Shown: positions 61,205-64,000 of the stretch, piece by piece
Numbering within the stretch: the first letter of the stretch is position 1
Layout of the letters: each line of letters opens with the position of its first letter
Assembly: GCA_045594305.1 (NCBI GenBank)
Contig: JAZNYH010000092.1
Coordinates: 3,500 to 67,499, forward strand
Length of the DNA: 64,000 nt
Reading direction: 5' to 3'
From: Eubacteriales bacterium
Lineage (GTDB): Bacteria > Bacillota > Clostridia > Oscillospirales > CAG-272
Position numbers and translations under genes: made by a program
The notes under the pieces: model-generated
The model's database searches: none
What the model saw: the letters and a program-made list of their open reading frames with translations, nothing else
What the model was told of the DNA's origin: nothing

Positions 61205-62496
61205 TATTCCTCATCGATCTCGCCGTCGATTATTTTTGCTGCCTCAAGGTCGGGTAGCTCGGTGATTTCTTTAAGCTTTGAATTTATCTTTCTTGTGCGT
61301 ACGCCAACGAGCCTTTCAATCTCATCATTTGCCTCGCCAAACTTCTTTTGTGCCTTAGCAAGCACCTCGCCAAAGGTCTTAAATTCCGTCTTGACGGCAG
61401 AGAGAAGGTCGAATACCTGAGCGGAGCGCTTTTGAATTGCAAGTGACTTAAAGCCAACCTGAAGAGCGTTAAGAAGTGCAGTAAGTGTAGATGGTCCTGC
61501 AATATTTATCTTGTACTCACGCTGTAATTCCTCAAAAAGCCCCATATCGAGAGCTTCAACATAAAGTCCCTCAATAGGCAAGAACATAATAGCAAAATCG
61601 GTTGTGTATGGTGGCTCTATGTACTTATCACGGATTTTCTTAGCAAACGCCTTAAATTCCTTTCTAAGCTCCTTTTTCGCACTCTCGTATGCGTCTTTGT
61701 CGAGCTTGTCCTGAGCGTCCTTCATATCCTGATATGGCTTTAATGGGAACTTTGCGTCAATAGGCATATAGATAAAGCTATCATCGCCATTTGGCATCTT
61801 GATTGCAAACTCAACAGGGTCACTTGAATTAGGCTTTGTGACCTTGTTAACCTCGTACTGTGACGGAGTTAGCGTTTCCTCAATGATATTTGCAAGAGCA
61901 ATCTCGCCAACAATACCCTTTGTCTTTACATTGGTAAGAACTCTGTTAAGCGAGCTTACATCCTTGGCAAGTCCCTTTATCTCACCAACAGCAGTATTTA
62001 CAGCACCAATTTGGTTAATAACATTATCAAAGGATGCCTTCAAGCGAGTTGTAAGAGTGTTATCGAGCTTTTCGTCGACAGCCTTTTGAATAGCCTCGAG
62101 CTTTTCACCAACCGCCTTTTGAATTGCTTCAAGCTTTTCGGCGTTTTGGGTGCGTATGCCCTCAAGTCCCTTTGTATTCGCTTCAAGGAGCTTAATGTGA
62201 TTGTCACTTATAGTGCCTTGAATTTTTAGATGGCTTGCTGAGTTGGCTTCCTTTATAGCGTTAATTTCCTTTTCAACCCTTTCAACCTGCTCCTTAATGC
62301 TTGTGGTAAGGGAGGAGTTGGTCGATGAGATTGAGTTGGTGAGCATTGTGCTAAGCTCACCGATTGCCTCACGCACGCTCTTCTTTATCGACTCGTTATC
62401 GCTACCACCCTGTGCCTTGGGCTTGAAAATAAGATATCCAACGCCAACAAGAGCAATAACGCTAAATATTAGATTTAAAATAATAAGTATGTCCAT
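61204..62496 (-). CDS. rmuC: DNA recombination protein RmuC
   Basis: N-terminal TM, a long coiled coil, and a C-terminal RmuC nuclease-like core (DFAIMFLP.EGLY, INIAGPSTL.ALLNALQ.GF). Confidence 0.9.
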   Translation of the reverse strand: MDILIILNLIFSVIALVGVGYLIFKPKAQGGSDNESIKKSVREAIGELSTMLTNSISSTNSSLTTSIKEQVERVEKEINAIKEANSASHLKIQGTISDNHIKLLEANTKGLEGIRTQNAEKLEAIQKAVGEKLEAIQKAVDEKLDNTLTTRLKASFDNVINQIGAVNTAVGEIKGLAKDVSSLNRVLTNVKTKGIVGEIALANIIEETLTPSQYEVNKVTKPNSSDPVEFAIKMPNGDDSFIYMPIDAKFPLKPYQDMKDAQDKLDKDAYESAKKELRKEFKAFAKKIRDKYIEPPYTTDFAIMFLPIEGLYVEALDMGLFEELQREYKINIAGPSTLTALLNALQVGFKSLAIQKRSAQVFDLLSAVKTEFKTFGEVLAKAQKKFGEANDEIERLVGVRTRKINSKLKEITELPDLEAAKIIDGEIDEE

Positions 62497-62647
62497 AAAA
62501 ATCCCCCTTTGAGTAGTCTATATTTATTTTACCATATAAATTACGCTCTTACAAGGAAAAAATAAATAAAATTAATTATAAAATATTGTTGAAATAGAAC
62601 GCACTCTGTGGTAAAATTTAGGTAGTAAAAATTTTTTGGAGCAGTAT

Positions 62648-64000
62648 ATGAGAAAAACAAAGATTGTATGCACAATAGGCCCTGCGTGTAACTCCGTAGA
62701 AACCCTTACAGAAATGGCAAAGGCGGGAATGAATGTCGCAAGACTTAACTTCTCGCACGGTACACACGAGGACCATAAAATAAATGTTGATAGAATAAAG
62801 CAGGTAAGAGAGACTCTTGGCGTGCCACTTGCTATTATGCTTGATACAAAGGGACCAGAGTATCGTATTGGCACCTTTGAAAATGGCAAGGAGGAGATAA
62901 AGGACGGGGCAACCTTCACCTTTACCACAAGAGATATAGTTGGAAACGACAAGATTGTTTCCGTAAGCTATAAGGGACTTGCAAGCGAGCTTAATATAGG
63001 CGATATTGTGCTCGTAAATAATGGCTTGCTTCGCTTCGAGGTAGAGGGCATTGACGACACAGAGATTACTTGTAGAGTTCTTGCAGGTGGTGTTATCTCA
63101 AATCGTAAGAGCATGGCGTTCCCTGGCAAGGTAATGAATCAGGTGTTCCTTAGCGAGCAGGACAAAAAGGACCTTCTCTTTGGAATTGAGAACGACCTTG
63201 ACTATGTTGCGTGCTCATTTGTTTCAAGAGTTCAAGATGTTTTAGATGTAAAGAGCTTCCTTGAAGAGCACGGCTGTACTAATATGGGCATTATCGCAAA
63301 GATTGAAAACCAATCTGGCGTTGATAATATCGAGCAAATTTGCTCCGAGTGTGACGGAATTATGATAGGCAGAGGCGATATGGGAGTTGAAATTCCCTTT
63401 GAGGAGCTTCCTGCAATTCAAAAGCGAATTATCACAAAGTGCCGTATGCTCGGTAAGAGAGTTATCACCGCTACCGAGATGCTTGAATCAATGACAACCA
63501 ACCCACGCCCCACAAGAGCAGAAATCTCCGATGTCGCAAACGCAGTATTTGACGGCACAAGTGCAATAATGCTCTCGGGCGAAACCGCTGCGGGAAAATA
63601 TCCTGTTCTCACAGTTCAAACAATGTCAAAGATTGCCGAGCAGGCAGAAAAGAGCGTCGACTACAAAAGGATATTCTACACAACCGAGTTTAAGATTAAA
63701 AACGCAATGGACGCAATATCTCACTCCGTGTGTGGAATGGCTATTGATATAGGAGCAAAGGCGATTGTTGTTTGCTCAATGTCAGGCAAGACTGCTCGAA
63801 TGGTGTCACGCTTCCGCTCACCCGTTGACATTATCGGTCTTACAGTAAGCGAAAAGACATGGCATCAGCTTGCACTCTCTTGGGGAGTTAAGCCTGTTAT
63901 GTGCGAGGTATACCCACAAATCGAGGTGCTATTCTATACTGCAAAGAAATTTGCAAAGGAGCACTTAGGACTTAACAAGGGTGACAATATAGTTATTACA
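62648..64000 (+). CDS. pyk: Pyruvate kinase (3' end beyond the window)
   Basis: My own translation from the ATG at 62648 reads MRKTKIVCTIGPAC.....L..M..AGMNVARLNFSHG.HE.H...MLDTKGPE.RIG. The frame stays open to the window end. It is absent from the ORF track because no stop is present. Confidence 0.93.
   Translation, partial: MRKTKIVCTIGPACNSVETLTEMAKAGMNVARLNFSHGTHEDHKINVDRIKQVRETLGVPLAIMLDTKGPEYRIGTFENGKEEIKDGATFTFTTRDIVGNDKIVSVSYKGLASELNIGDIVLVNNGLLRFEVEGIDDTEITCRVLAGGVISNRKSMAFPGKVMNQVFLSEQDKKDLLFGIENDLDYVACSFVSRVQDVLDVKSFLEEHGCTNMGIIAKIENQSGVDNIEQICSECDGIMIGRGDMGVEIPFEELPAIQKRIITKCRMLGKRVITATEMLESMTTNPRPTRAEISDVANAVFDGTSAIMLSGETAAGKYPVLTVQTMSKIAEQAEKSVDYKRIFYTTEFKIKNAMDAISHSVCGMAIDIGAKAIVVCSMSGKTARMVSRFRSPVDIIGLTVSEKTWHQLALSWGVKPVMCEVYPQIEVLFYTAKKFAKEHLGLNKGDNIVIT

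Overview
This looks like a chromosomal segment of a Gram-positive anaerobe, probably Clostridia. Supporting features are the nusA-ylxR-ylxQ-infB operon, nrdG/nrdD, a rubrerythrin, a BspA-type LRR protein, GGAGG-type ribosome-binding sites (RBS) and many canonical TTGACA-17-TATAAT promoters. I call about 53 protein genes, 2 tRNAs (Thr-UGU, Tyr-GUA), 2 gene-remnant zones and a number of regulatory or repeat elements. I saw no rRNA, CRISPR array, transposase, integrase or obvious prophage. Most of the window is housekeeping: translation factors, ldh, icd, pyk, holA, rmuC, cysE, copA, mntP.

The parts most worth a second look:
- (1) A five-gene MoxR / DUF58 / double-vWA membrane module (45678-55952). 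It is led by a 948-aa hyper-acidic membrane protein and preceded by an orphan promoter plus a GC-rich structured RNA-like element.
- (2) An iteron-like array of the 9-mer AATATCACT abutting the promoter of an AT-rich orphan gene (56097-56862).
- (3) A class III ribonucleotide reductase whose NrdD carries a C-terminal thioredoxin-fold domain. It is followed by a TrxR-like flavoprotein that lacks the NADPH-binding arginines, and preceded by tandem NrdR boxes that also form the nrdG terminator hairpin.
- (4) Three repeats in the yegP 3' region, each a Shine-Dalgarno (SD) site plus ATG-TAC-stop, that copy the gene's own translation start.
- (5) Several unusual domain fusions: MFS::GH2 and flavin reductase-rubredoxin-rubrerythrin.
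- (6) A G9 tract and a TTGTGCA operator cluster upstream of the LRR surface protein.
- (7) A tRNA-Tyr with a non-canonical T-loop, next to decayed tRNA duplications.

All family assignments come from reading the translations by eye. No database search was run.
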